From an uncultured virus (IMG/VR IMGVR_UViG_3300000868_000017) (lineage: Duplodnaviria; Heunggongvirae; Uroviricota; Caudoviricetes; Thumleimavirales; Hafunaviridae): a stretch of DNA of 64,000 bases. The position numbers and the translations under genes are program-made. This document shows, piece by piece, positions 19,715 to 28,124 of this stretch. Numbering within the stretch: the stretch's first letter is position 1; each line of letters opens with the position of its first letter. A model generated the notes under the pieces. The model saw only the letters and a list, made by a program, of their open reading frames with translations, did no database searches and had not been told where the DNA came from. The stretch is from IMG/VR virus record IMGVR_UViG_3300000868_000017; one strand, given 5' to 3'.

Positions 19715-19739
19715 CTATTAATGGTAAAGGGTTTATATA
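19715..19739 (-). promoter_or_regulatory. Putative late promoter (class B), copy 2
   Basis: 25-bp TATATAAACCCTTTACCATTAATAG, identical to 39455-39479. Confidence 0.75.
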
Positions 19740-19760
19740 CGATGTGAGCGGCTGAGCGGC

Positions 19761-20132
19761 CTATTCCGTGTGCGTGACCGTCCCGTTGCCGCCACTATCC
19801 AGCACTACGGCAGTACCCGCTCCGGGGTCGCTCGTACTATCCCCGACTCGTACAATCGGGCGTCCGTTAATCGTTACATCGGGGTTCTGGTCGGGAACGA
19901 GATCGTGGCCGTAGTAGTCGTCGCAGTAGCCACCGTCGTCTGTTTCCACGTAGTTGTGAGCGTGAGAGTCGAACCGCATCGAGTCGCCGTGGTCGGTGAC
20001 AGGAATCCCGTTAATCGTCACGAATGTATCGCCGTCGTTGTCCTGCGTCGAACCGGAGACGGTCGATTGGCACTCTCCGGGGTGGCCGTCCGCCTCACAG
20101 CTCGCGCCGTGGACTACCCACTTCTTGCTCAT
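19761..20132 (-). CDS. PAAR-like spike tip protein
   Basis: Two V-x-ING-x-P...GD repeats with Cys/His ligands. Confidence 0.8.
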   Translation of the reverse strand: MSKKWVVHGASCEADGHPGECQSTVSGSTQDNDGDTFVTINGIPVTDHGDSMRFDSHAHNYVETDDGGYCDDYYGHDLVPDQNPDVTINGRPIVRVGDSTSDPGAGTAVVLDSGGNGTVTHTE

Positions 20133-20563
20133 TCTCCACCAGAGGTGTCGAAGTCAACCGAGGACGACTTGAACTGAAGGTGTCCCTCACTCTCAATCGT
20201 CACGTCCCCGGACGCTTTGATGTTCAACTCGCTCGATGCGTTGATATTCACGTTGTAGCCGTCCGAATCGGACTGCTTGACGCTGATCTCAGTCCCATCA
20301 TCGAACGCCATCACCTGTTCATGCTCGGCCACATCGTCCGGTAGAATATCCTCGTTCGTTTCAAGAACACCAAGAATCACCCACAGATTATCCGTCGTCC
20401 GGTCAAGGAGAACGCGAGAACCCTCCGTGATAGACTGGATGTGTCCGGGGAATTGGTGCATCATTGGCACTTCTTTGTAAGTTACCCCCGCTCGTGCCAC
20501 CTGAACGTCAGCGAGAATAATGCCGGAGCTGACCGTCGTAGATGTAACTATACCGTGAATCAT
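20129..20563 (-). CDS. Baseplate central spike (gpV/gp45-like)
   Basis: N-terminal OB-like segment followed by beta-helix-type repeats; precedes PAAR. Confidence 0.75.
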   Translation of the reverse strand: MIHGIVTSTTVSSGIILADVQVARAGVTYKEVPMMHQFPGHIQSITEGSRVLLDRTTDNLWVILGVLETNEDILPDDVAEHEQVMAFDDGTEISVKQSDSDGYNVNINASSELNIKASGDVTIESEGHLQFKSSSVDFDTSGGE

Positions 20564-20565
20564 AA

Positions 20566-22002
20566 TCAGATGATGTCGTTAAGCTGGAAGCCCTCGTTGT
20601 CCTCCTTCCGGGCCTCATACGTCTCCTCATCAACGTAATCGCCACTCGTCGGGTCGAAGTAGCGATTGTAGACCTTGATGTTGTCCGGGTGCAAGTGCCC
20701 GTCCTCAACGGGAACCACGCTTAGACGGAGACTCCACTCGCCGTCCTCCGAGAGCTTGTGCTGAACGCCCGTAATCCAGAATCGCTCTAATCGGACGCTC
20801 GACTTGCACTCCCCGCTGTTGTTTTCCGGTGGGACAGTAACGATTGAGTCACCGATCTGCACGTCCCGAATGTCCGTCCAGACACTACCGGAGTGAGAGG
20901 GAAGAAGCTCAAGATTCCCGCTCCATTGCTTCTTCTGCTCGTTCCTCAACTTCCGGTCAGCAACTTCCTTCAACCCGTCAGCCGCCGCTTCGAGGTCTTC
21001 GGGTTCGATGATACGCCCGAAGTCTATATCGGGACGTTCAGCGACCCCTTCCATACGGAAGTCCAAGATGTTCCGGTCTTGATTGACGAACTCCCCGATG
21101 TTGTTAACGAGACTGTCGTTCGGGTCGTGAACCTGCTTCCCCCGAACGACGACCTTCATAATTGGGTCGCGGGGCGGCGTGATGTTGTAGTCAACGAGCC
21201 GCCACACTCGGGGGTCATCGGGAGCCGCGATGTGATCGATGCCGGTAGCGTCTCGACTGCCGACCCAAAACTTCCCGTCCGGGGCCACCCACGTCGTGAC
21301 GCCGAACTTCTCGTTCATTTCGAGGATAGCTTCCCACGGGGACACCTGCTCGAAATCGAGGGCGTAGTGCCCGTCGATGATGTTGTGGACGTTCTCGGCT
21401 TCGAGATCGCGGATAACGTCTTCTTGGTGGCGAACCGTGTGTTCGTCAGTCCGCTCTTGTTCCTCAATCAGCCGCCACGTCTTGCGATTCTTCAAGTCGA
21501 TAGGCCCCAGTCCGGGCTTCATCCGACTGTCCAGTTGCTCGAACGCTGACTCGGGAACAGAGAAGTCGATACCAGAGAACATCTCGCCGTCCGAGGTGTC
21601 CCGCTGGCCGAACACGTAGCGATAAGCATCTTCGAGGCGGACGTTCTGCCTCTGGTAGTCAACAACGCCCCGGTCGAGGTACTTCTGACAGTCGTGTAGC
21701 TCGATATGGACGTTATTGCTCCCGAAGTGAATCGCGTCGGGAAGGTAGAGCATCCGGTGAACCGGCAACCCGCCGAGCATGACAACAACCGGGCGGGGGC
21801 GGTGAAGTGCGCCATCCTCATCGTGGACAGCCGACTCGATGTGTTCAGCCACACCTTTCGAGAACTTGGCGCGAGCGAAATCGAACTGATTGCGATTACG
21901 CTGGAAATCCATCGTCAGCGGGCGAATTTCCACAATCGGATTATCGAGATCGTTGTCCGTCCCGATAAACGCGAACGTAATATCAGCGTCTTCGCAATTC
22001 AT
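20566..22002 (-). CDS. Baseplate hub protein (gpD-like)
   Basis: Position; S-x-WEAI...W-x-x-x-DG, IGD, ITGVQH motifs. Confidence 0.7.
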   Translation of the reverse strand: MNCEDADITFAFIGTDNDLDNPIVEIRPLTMDFQRNRNQFDFARAKFSKGVAEHIESAVHDEDGALHRPRPVVVMLGGLPVHRMLYLPDAIHFGSNNVHIELHDCQKYLDRGVVDYQRQNVRLEDAYRYVFGQRDTSDGEMFSGIDFSVPESAFEQLDSRMKPGLGPIDLKNRKTWRLIEEQERTDEHTVRHQEDVIRDLEAENVHNIIDGHYALDFEQVSPWEAILEMNEKFGVTTWVAPDGKFWVGSRDATGIDHIAAPDDPRVWRLVDYNITPPRDPIMKVVVRGKQVHDPNDSLVNNIGEFVNQDRNILDFRMEGVAERPDIDFGRIIEPEDLEAAADGLKEVADRKLRNEQKKQWSGNLELLPSHSGSVWTDIRDVQIGDSIVTVPPENNSGECKSSVRLERFWITGVQHKLSEDGEWSLRLSVVPVEDGHLHPDNIKVYNRYFDPTSGDYVDEETYEARKEDNEGFQLNDII

Positions 22003-22535
22003 TGATCGAGAATACTGCTCACCACGTCGTTCTCCGTGTCGTTGCCAAACTCGTCGAGGCCAGTAGAGACGAAATCAAGAGTGTATTTGAACATCCATTG
22101 CTTCTCTACCGGATTCCAGCCCTCGATCTCGCCAACGTCGCCACCCTTGATGTAGCACTCCATCCCCCCGTTCGGGGAAACCGGAGTGAACATATCCACG
22201 ACGCCTTCGTGTTCTGCGAGCGCCTGAACGACGCGGAGGTTTTCCTCAAGAATAACGCCGGTCGCGTGGAACTCGGAGTTCTTCTGATTCTTTAGAGAAA
22301 CGTCCTCTCCACGGCATTGCTGACCCTCGCGGCGTAGCTCCTTATCGAACTTCTGATTGAACCTATCCGGGTAGAACATCGGAGCGAACTCGAATAGAGC
22401 CGGACGAGACACCTCATCGGCTTCCTCGTCGTTTTCTACTTGAGGTTCGCCCAACGCGACCACGCGGAACGTGATCGTGTCGTTCGGCCCCTCAGAGATG
22501 GGGTCTTCATCGAAGTTATATTCAGAACTACTCAT
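21999..22535 (-). CDS. Putative tail tube initiator
   Basis: Position between tape measure and hub. Confidence 0.5.
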   Translation of the reverse strand: MSSSEYNFDEDPISEGPNDTITFRVVALGEPQVENDEEADEVSRPALFEFAPMFYPDRFNQKFDKELRREGQQCRGEDVSLKNQKNSEFHATGVILEENLRVVQALAEHEGVVDMFTPVSPNGGMECYIKGGDVGEIEGWNPVEKQWMFKYTLDFVSTGLDEFGNDTENDVVSSILDQ

Positions 22536-24356
22536 TTAGGTTCCTTCTCCATCGTTGAGATTCAGCGACCGCGTGGAGTCGGTCTGGTTGTTCAGCGATG
22601 CAATGTCCCACATCTTCTCCTCAGTCGGCCCGTCAACCGAACCGTCAACGTTGAAGTTGTAGGTGTCTCCCTCGTTGATGACCGTGTTTCCGTAACCGCT
22701 GTCCGTGTAGCCGGAGTAACCGCTACCCCCGGACGGCGGGCCTTTCGGCTTCAGAGCCTTGTACGCAAGCAGGCCACCGCCGACCAGCAGAGCGCCAATC
22801 CCCGTCGCAACCAGAGCCGCCTGAAGCGCGGTGAGAGACATGATAGTGGCCCACACCTTAGCCTGAACAGCACTCAGCGCAGTGAGCGCCGACCCCGCGA
22901 AGGAGGCCATAGCGCCCGACCCCGTGATGCTCATAATCAGCAGAGCGATACGGAGTTTCGCCATCACAGCGATAGTCTTCACCAGCAAGCCGACGAACAC
23001 GCCGACGACAACCAGCACGGAGATAATCGCCCTCGCAAGGCGACTCTCGAACGTCTGAGTCAGCCATAGCACGAAGCCGATGAGCGGACTGAAGACGATG
23101 ATGAGCTGAGAGAAGACCTTGGAGAGATTGTAGATGATCTCCACAACGTCCGCGATAACCTGTCCGAGCCGAATCAGCGTCTCCTGATTCAGATAGGCTT
23201 CTTGGACAAGCCACGAGAAGAAGTCGAGGATGTTCGAGCCGATAATGTCCCCGAACCGCATGGCGAGCTGAGCAATCATCCCGTCCATCGCGCGCATCCG
23301 GCTGATGAACTCCGCGATGAACTCAATCGTGCCACCAGTAGCGTCGAACAGCGCGTACTGGAAGCTGGTTCCCTGAAGCTGTTTCAGCTCATTATTGACG
23401 AGCGAGAGCTTCTGCGGGAGAATATCAAACCAAGCGTCCTGAATCGGAGCGAAGGTCTGCATCGAGGGTTGGAACGTCTCGAACAGGTCTTCCTTGAGAT
23501 CGGAGAGCTGTTTCTGAGCGTTCCGCCACGAATCGGCCATATCGTCGCCGTGACCGACCAAGCCGAGGCCGATGAACGCCGCACCAGCGGCGGCCATCGA
23601 GAGCATAGCCGCACCGACACCAGCCGCCTGAACACCGAACGTAATCAGGGCCGGGAGTGCGAGCGCAATCAGTTGCCACCACGCCGCCATCGAGGGAATC
23701 GTACTACGGATAATCCCACGAAGGTTCGTAACCCTCCCACTCAGTCTCCGAGTAGCCTTTCCGAGCTTCCCGAACTGAAGTCGCTTAGCAGAGACGCCCT
23801 TCCCTTCGAGCATCGACGGGATGCCCATGCTCCGGTCGGACGTGTAGCCGCCCCAGTTCGCCTGCTTCGTGAGGAACCCAGAGATAAGCCCATCACCAAT
23901 CGAGTTGGTCATGGCCTCTTTCAGCCCCTCGATGCGTTCCCGACGCTCTATTTCAAAGCCAAGATCGGCATCAGCAACAGAATCAGCGGTCGGGCCGAAG
24001 TCCCCACCACGGACACGGCGCATGATTTCTCGCATTCCCATCGTCGCGCCGGGGTTATCCGCAAGGTAGCGATCTCCGCTATCACTCCCAGTATCTCCAC
24101 CAGAGTCTCCACCACCAACGGTGGAGCCTACGTCAATATCGAGGTCTTCGAGCCGGTTGGCTACTTCATCGAGGTCGTTAACCAACGAATCGCCCAACCC
24201 ATCGAGGGTCTTGGCAATATCGTCAAGCTGAGCCTTGAAGTCGCCGTCGAAGGAAAAGTCGAAGTCGTTTTCCAGCCGTTTGAGCTGTTTTTCCACTCCT
24301 TCGAGAGTAGCAACCACGTCCTCGGCTCGAATATCGAGGTCGATTGTAACAGACAT
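22536..24356 (-). CDS. Tape measure protein
   Basis: 606 aa, Ala/Gly-rich helical with hydrophobic segments, downstream of the chaperone genes. Confidence 0.8.
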   Translation of the reverse strand: MSVTIDLDIRAEDVVATLEGVEKQLKRLENDFDFSFDGDFKAQLDDIAKTLDGLGDSLVNDLDEVANRLEDLDIDVGSTVGGGDSGGDTGSDSGDRYLADNPGATMGMREIMRRVRGGDFGPTADSVADADLGFEIERRERIEGLKEAMTNSIGDGLISGFLTKQANWGGYTSDRSMGIPSMLEGKGVSAKRLQFGKLGKATRRLSGRVTNLRGIIRSTIPSMAAWWQLIALALPALITFGVQAAGVGAAMLSMAAAGAAFIGLGLVGHGDDMADSWRNAQKQLSDLKEDLFETFQPSMQTFAPIQDAWFDILPQKLSLVNNELKQLQGTSFQYALFDATGGTIEFIAEFISRMRAMDGMIAQLAMRFGDIIGSNILDFFSWLVQEAYLNQETLIRLGQVIADVVEIIYNLSKVFSQLIIVFSPLIGFVLWLTQTFESRLARAIISVLVVVGVFVGLLVKTIAVMAKLRIALLIMSITGSGAMASFAGSALTALSAVQAKVWATIMSLTALQAALVATGIGALLVGGGLLAYKALKPKGPPSGGSGYSGYTDSGYGNTVINEGDTYNFNVDGSVDGPTEEKMWDIASLNNQTDSTRSLNLNDGEGT

Positions 24357-24358
24357 AA

Positions 24359-24694
24359 TTAGTCAACGAACGTGACGTTCGCCTCTGGATTCTCGTCGGG
24401 GTTGTCGTTCACATACCGTACCGTCTCAGACTGCGAGTGCCGGGAACCCGGACTGCCGCCGCCCGATGGAACCTTCGGATGTGCGGGGTTCGGAGTGCGA
24501 CCCCCACCGCCCATCTTTCCATTTTGGGCGGCCTGCATCCGATCTTGTTCCGCGTTGTGTTCCCGCACTTTCTCGGCCTCGAAAATCTGCCGTTGGAACG
24601 GCGTCATTTCGAGTTGACTTTCGCACCCGACGAAGCCAGCGCCGAGTTCGGTCTTGAGGCCAAGAACTACGCCTGCGGCCCCGCTATCTGCGAA
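24359..24694 (-). CDS. Tail assembly chaperone C-terminal extension, reached by a +1 frameshift
   Basis: Open +1 frame beginning at TTT-CGC at the end of the chaperone gene and running up to the tape measure start. Confidence 0.65.
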   Translation of the reverse strand, partial: FADSGAAGVVLGLKTELGAGFVGCESQLEMTPFQRQIFEAEKVREHNAEQDRMQAAQNGKMGGGGRTPNPAHPKVPSGGGSPGSRHSQSETVRYVNDNPDENPEANVTFVD

Positions 24695-25154
24695 ACTTTT
24701 TGGCGTCCTCTGCGTTGCTGGAGATGTCCAGCACACGCTCCGCGATCTCGATGGACTTCCCACCGAGAAGCATCCGAATCGTATCGAGGACTTCCTCCTC
24801 GGTCATGCCCTCGGCGTCCCCCTGCTCGGTGTCTACGCCCTTCGCGGCGGCCTCTTGCATGATGCCGACGAACTCCCGGTCGAAGTTCGAGGCGTCAATC
24901 TCGTTGTCCTCACCGGACTCTCGCTCCTCCTCGATGCGTTCCTTCGCTTCCTCGGCGTCCATGTCGAGCTTGTCTTCGAGGAACGCCGCAATCGGTAGGA
25001 ACTCAAGGTCGGTGAGCGGCTTGAGGTAGAGAGTCAGAGATTCACCGAGGTAGTCGGTGTCAAATTCCTCGCGATAGTTCTTCCCCCGGAGAGCAAGCTC
25101 GCGGAGCTTCGAGATGTTAACGTCGTTACTGTCGTTGTCGGTTTCTTCAGCCAT
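24684..25154 (-). CDS. Tail assembly chaperone
   Basis: Acidic 156 aa between tube and tape measure; ends AAG TTT CGC AGA TAG. Confidence 0.75.
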   Translation of the reverse strand: MAEETDNDSNDVNISKLRELALRGKNYREEFDTDYLGESLTLYLKPLTDLEFLPIAAFLEDKLDMDAEEAKERIEEERESGEDNEIDASNFDREFVGIMQEAAAKGVDTEQGDAEGMTEEEVLDTIRMLLGGKSIEIAERVLDISSNAEDAKKFRR

Positions 25155-25211
25155 GATAGAGTAAGTGTAAAGAAAGTTAGTAGTAGGTCGATTCAGTAGA
25201 GAGCGACCCGA

Positions 25212-25721
25212 TTACGAACTCTCGGAGTCCGTCTCAGGGTCTTTCATCACCTTGTCCATCGCAATCCAGTCGAAGCTCGTCTCAGTCTCAGACTCAGACT
25301 GAACCTCGTATGCGTCGGAGGTCACGAGAACGTCCTCGAACGTCTCCGACTTGCCGGAGAGTTCGTGGGTGATGGTGATCGAGCAGGGAACCGGGACGCC
25401 ATCCGAATCGTAGATCAGCGACTCGATGCTGACAGGCTCGTTGTCGGGGCCGTGGACGCGCTCGCCTTTGAACATCATCGAGCCGGAATAGCCGATGGAA
25501 GTGACCGAGTAGCCGCTTGCCTTCAGCGAGGATTCCCGAATCTCGGAAATCTCAATGTCCTTGGTCGTGTCCAACCGCGAGATCGGGACGCGGAGAGTAC
25601 CCGCGTCAACCGCGCCGCCAGCGTCATCGAAGTCGCCTTCCGTAACCTGTTCGCCACCCTTCGAGATGTTCAGAGTGATGTTCGCCGCGCTCTCAATCCG
25701 GTCAACGTTAGAAGCAGACAT
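25212..25721 (-). CDS. Tail tube protein
   Basis: Beta-rich 169 aa directly after the sheath. Confidence 0.75.
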   Translation of the reverse strand: MSASNVDRIESAANITLNISKGGEQVTEGDFDDAGGAVDAGTLRVPISRLDTTKDIEISEIRESSLKASGYSVTSIGYSGSMMFKGERVHGPDNEPVSIESLIYDSDGVPVPCSITITHELSGKSETFEDVLVTSDAYEVQSESETETSFDWIAMDKVMKDPETDSESS

Positions 25722-25749
25722 AATGAATTAGAAAGAGTATTTTGAGTCT

Positions 25750-27042
25750 TTACGCCGAAGTCCCAATCGTAATCGTATTCTCGATGAACCGGAGCGGCTT
25801 CGCCGTCTTCACCTGAATCTCAACAGCCGAGGTCGTCGCATCGACGCGAGACACCGACACGCGGTAGTCCGTGATCGCGTTCGACCGCTTGAGCGAGCGG
25901 AGTTGGTTGCTCAGTAGACCCTCAAGCGCCGCACGGACAGCGCGACTGTTCAGCCGACCGATGAAGGGCTGTTCGTTCAGGCGAACCGTCGTGATAACGT
26001 AGTCCATCACGAGTCGCGTGAAGCCGAAGCGGATGCCCGCCTCCTCGGTATTCGTGTCGCTCACTGAGTTAACGTCGTCAGCAATCCGAGCGCCCTCGTT
26101 CTCGTCGGCCAGCGGAACAACGCGCTCGTCAATCAGCGCACCGCGCTCAGCCTTGTTCAGACTGACAGCGAGCGACTTGACGGACGAGAGGCGCTTGTTG
26201 ATCGGCGTGGTCGTGATACCGAGCTTTGCGCGAAGGCCAGCGTAGGCCCCGAGTGTAGAGTACCCCTCCGAGTCCCGAGCGGGGTAGAGAACCTGCACGC
26301 GAGAATCGTCGAACTGGTTACTGTATTCGTCCGGGTCGATGCCAACGCCAGCACCGACGATAGCGACAGCGAGGTTGTATTCCGTCGCCATCGCCTTCAC
26401 GACCTGCTGAGCGTCAGCCGTAACAGCCGAGTCCTCACTCAGCGTCGTGAAGAAGTCAACAGCGCCACCAGCACCGTCAGCAAGAGCCGCGTGGCCCGCC
26501 TCGTAGTCGGCGGTCGTGTAGTCAACGGAGTCGCCCGTGTTCCCGACCGTCAGCTCGGCGGCGATCTTGAACTCTCGGGACGACGGGTTCACGTACACCT
26601 CGCCAGCGCCCGGAGAGAGATCGGTCAGGTCTTCGTAGACCAGAACCGTGTTCAGTTCCGCGCCGTCGACGGTGAACACCGTGGCGGTCGCGTCCTCGCT
26701 CACGGGGCCTTCTGCGAGCGTGCCCGTGTTTGAGGCAAGACCGGAGAGGTCTTCGCCCGTAACGTCCACGAGGTCAACCGCGACCGCGTAGACCGGGTAC
26801 GCGCCCTCGGAGAGGGCATCGAGGACGTTGCGGGTAAGGGGACTGTCCTCACCAAACCACTCACGGGCAATCGTCGCGCGAGTAACCTGATAGACAGCGT
26901 TCGTTTCAGCCGAACCGTTCTCAAGGTCAGCCTGTCCCACGATACCAACGTCAGCAGGAGCGCCCCCACTCGAAGTGACAGCGAGCGCCGAGTTGACATT
27001 CGTGACAATACCGGGTTCGATAGTGTTGCCGTAGTCAGCCAT
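25750..27042 (-). CDS. Tail sheath protein
   Basis: N-terminal EPG, FG-x-x-S-x-L; C-terminal R-x-x-D...FIG-x-x-N...L-x-x-L...KPLRFI. Confidence 0.9.
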   Translation of the reverse strand: MADYGNTIEPGIVTNVNSALAVTSSGGAPADVGIVGQADLENGSAETNAVYQVTRATIAREWFGEDSPLTRNVLDALSEGAYPVYAVAVDLVDVTGEDLSGLASNTGTLAEGPVSEDATATVFTVDGAELNTVLVYEDLTDLSPGAGEVYVNPSSREFKIAAELTVGNTGDSVDYTTADYEAGHAALADGAGGAVDFFTTLSEDSAVTADAQQVVKAMATEYNLAVAIVGAGVGIDPDEYSNQFDDSRVQVLYPARDSEGYSTLGAYAGLRAKLGITTTPINKRLSSVKSLAVSLNKAERGALIDERVVPLADENEGARIADDVNSVSDTNTEEAGIRFGFTRLVMDYVITTVRLNEQPFIGRLNSRAVRAALEGLLSNQLRSLKRSNAITDYRVSVSRVDATTSAVEIQVKTAKPLRFIENTITIGTSA

Positions 27043-27051
27043 AGGTTAGAA

Positions 27052-27561
27052 TTAGGAAATGTCGAAGTGTTTGGAGATAGACTGAATCACATCATCGGTA
27101 GAATCAGTCGTCTCGAAGAACGATACAAGCTCGAAGGCTTGGTGGATTTCAGTCTCAGCAGGCTCGTTGAACGTGTAGCTCACCGAACCCGAACTGAGAA
27201 GCCGGATTTCGTTCACATCCGGGTGGAACGATTCCCACGGCCTCTCACTCAGCGTAGCCAGCGCCGCTTGGAGATGAGTGAGAATGTCGTAGGCTCCCGT
27301 CTCGGAGTCGTCTCGAACGACGAGATCGAAGCGAAGCATGTAGTAGAAGCGGTTGATTTCCGCAACTTCGTGACCCGTCGTTGAATCAAACTTAGAACCA
27401 GCGTAGTTCGAGTTGTGCGCGTTGATATTTCGCAGATCAACACCATCAATCAGAACTGCTGGAATCGGTCGCTCCTCCTCGATGCCCGCCGTATGGACAG
27501 GGGGAGGAATTCGACTGTTCAGCTCTGAGATTAGAGTTGAGACTGCTTCTTTAGGAAACAT
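27052..27561 (-). CDS. Putative tail terminator/completion protein
   Basis: Size and position before the sheath. Confidence 0.6.
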   Translation of the reverse strand: MFPKEAVSTLISELNSRIPPPVHTAGIEEERPIPAVLIDGVDLRNINAHNSNYAGSKFDSTTGHEVAEINRFYYMLRFDLVVRDDSETGAYDILTHLQAALATLSERPWESFHPDVNEIRLLSSGSVSYTFNEPAETEIHQAFELVSFFETTDSTDDVIQSISKHFDIS

Positions 27562-27597
27562 AGGAGAAAAGGAGAAGGAGAGAGCCGCTACGTCGCG

Positions 27598-27819
27598 TTA
27601 GTAAACGTCGTCCATCTCACCCTCGATGATTCGTTTCGCCATCATCGGCCCGACTTGCCGCATATGGGATTCTGCGTTTTCGCCCCCGTCCGGGCCGGGG
27701 TGCATGAAGTGAATCCCCTTCACGCCGTGGTGCTTGATGTGATTCTGGAGCCAAAACGCCTTACGGACGGTATCCTCGCCCCATTTCTCCATCAGCGCAT
27801 CTATTTCGTCGTTAGCCAT
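27598..27819 (-). CDS. Small hypothetical protein
   Basis: 73 aa, tightly coupled in the late operon. Confidence 0.65.
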   Translation of the reverse strand: MANDEIDALMEKWGEDTVRKAFWLQNHIKHHGVKGIHFMHPGPDGGENAESHMRQVGPMMAKRIIEGEMDDVY

Positions 27820-27824
27820 TCAGA

Positions 27825-28124
27825 TTATTCGTCTACCCAATGAACCTGCGCTCCGTAGAACTGGAGATCACGAGCAAGACTTTCAAGCTGTTTGTCCCAC
27901 GGCAACGGCACGAGCTGTTCACTCGGCGCAACCGCACCACTCCGGCTCGTCTCTACAACTGGTTCACCCGTGTCCATTTCATCGTAGAGTAGGCCATCAT
28001 CGAGGTCTTGGAGCAAACCGAGGATTTCCTCGTGGTCGCCTTCGTACTCCCACGAGAATTTCTCGGTGGACTCATCGTACTCAGCCCACCCTTGGTTCCC
28101 CCGCTCGATGAATACGAACTTCAT
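27825..28124 (-). CDS. Small acidic hypothetical protein
   Basis: 99 aa; ATGA overlap with the 816-aa gene. Confidence 0.7.
   Translation of the reverse strand: MKFVFIERGNQGWAEYDESTEKFSWEYEGDHEEILGLLQDLDDGLLYDEMDTGEPVVETSRSGAVAPSEQLVPLPWDKQLESLARDLQFYGAQVHWVDE

Noticed and set aside
24696..24702. -1 frameshift at C-AAA-AAG
   Set aside because: Not a full X-XXY-YYZ heptamer, and the open downstream frame is +1.
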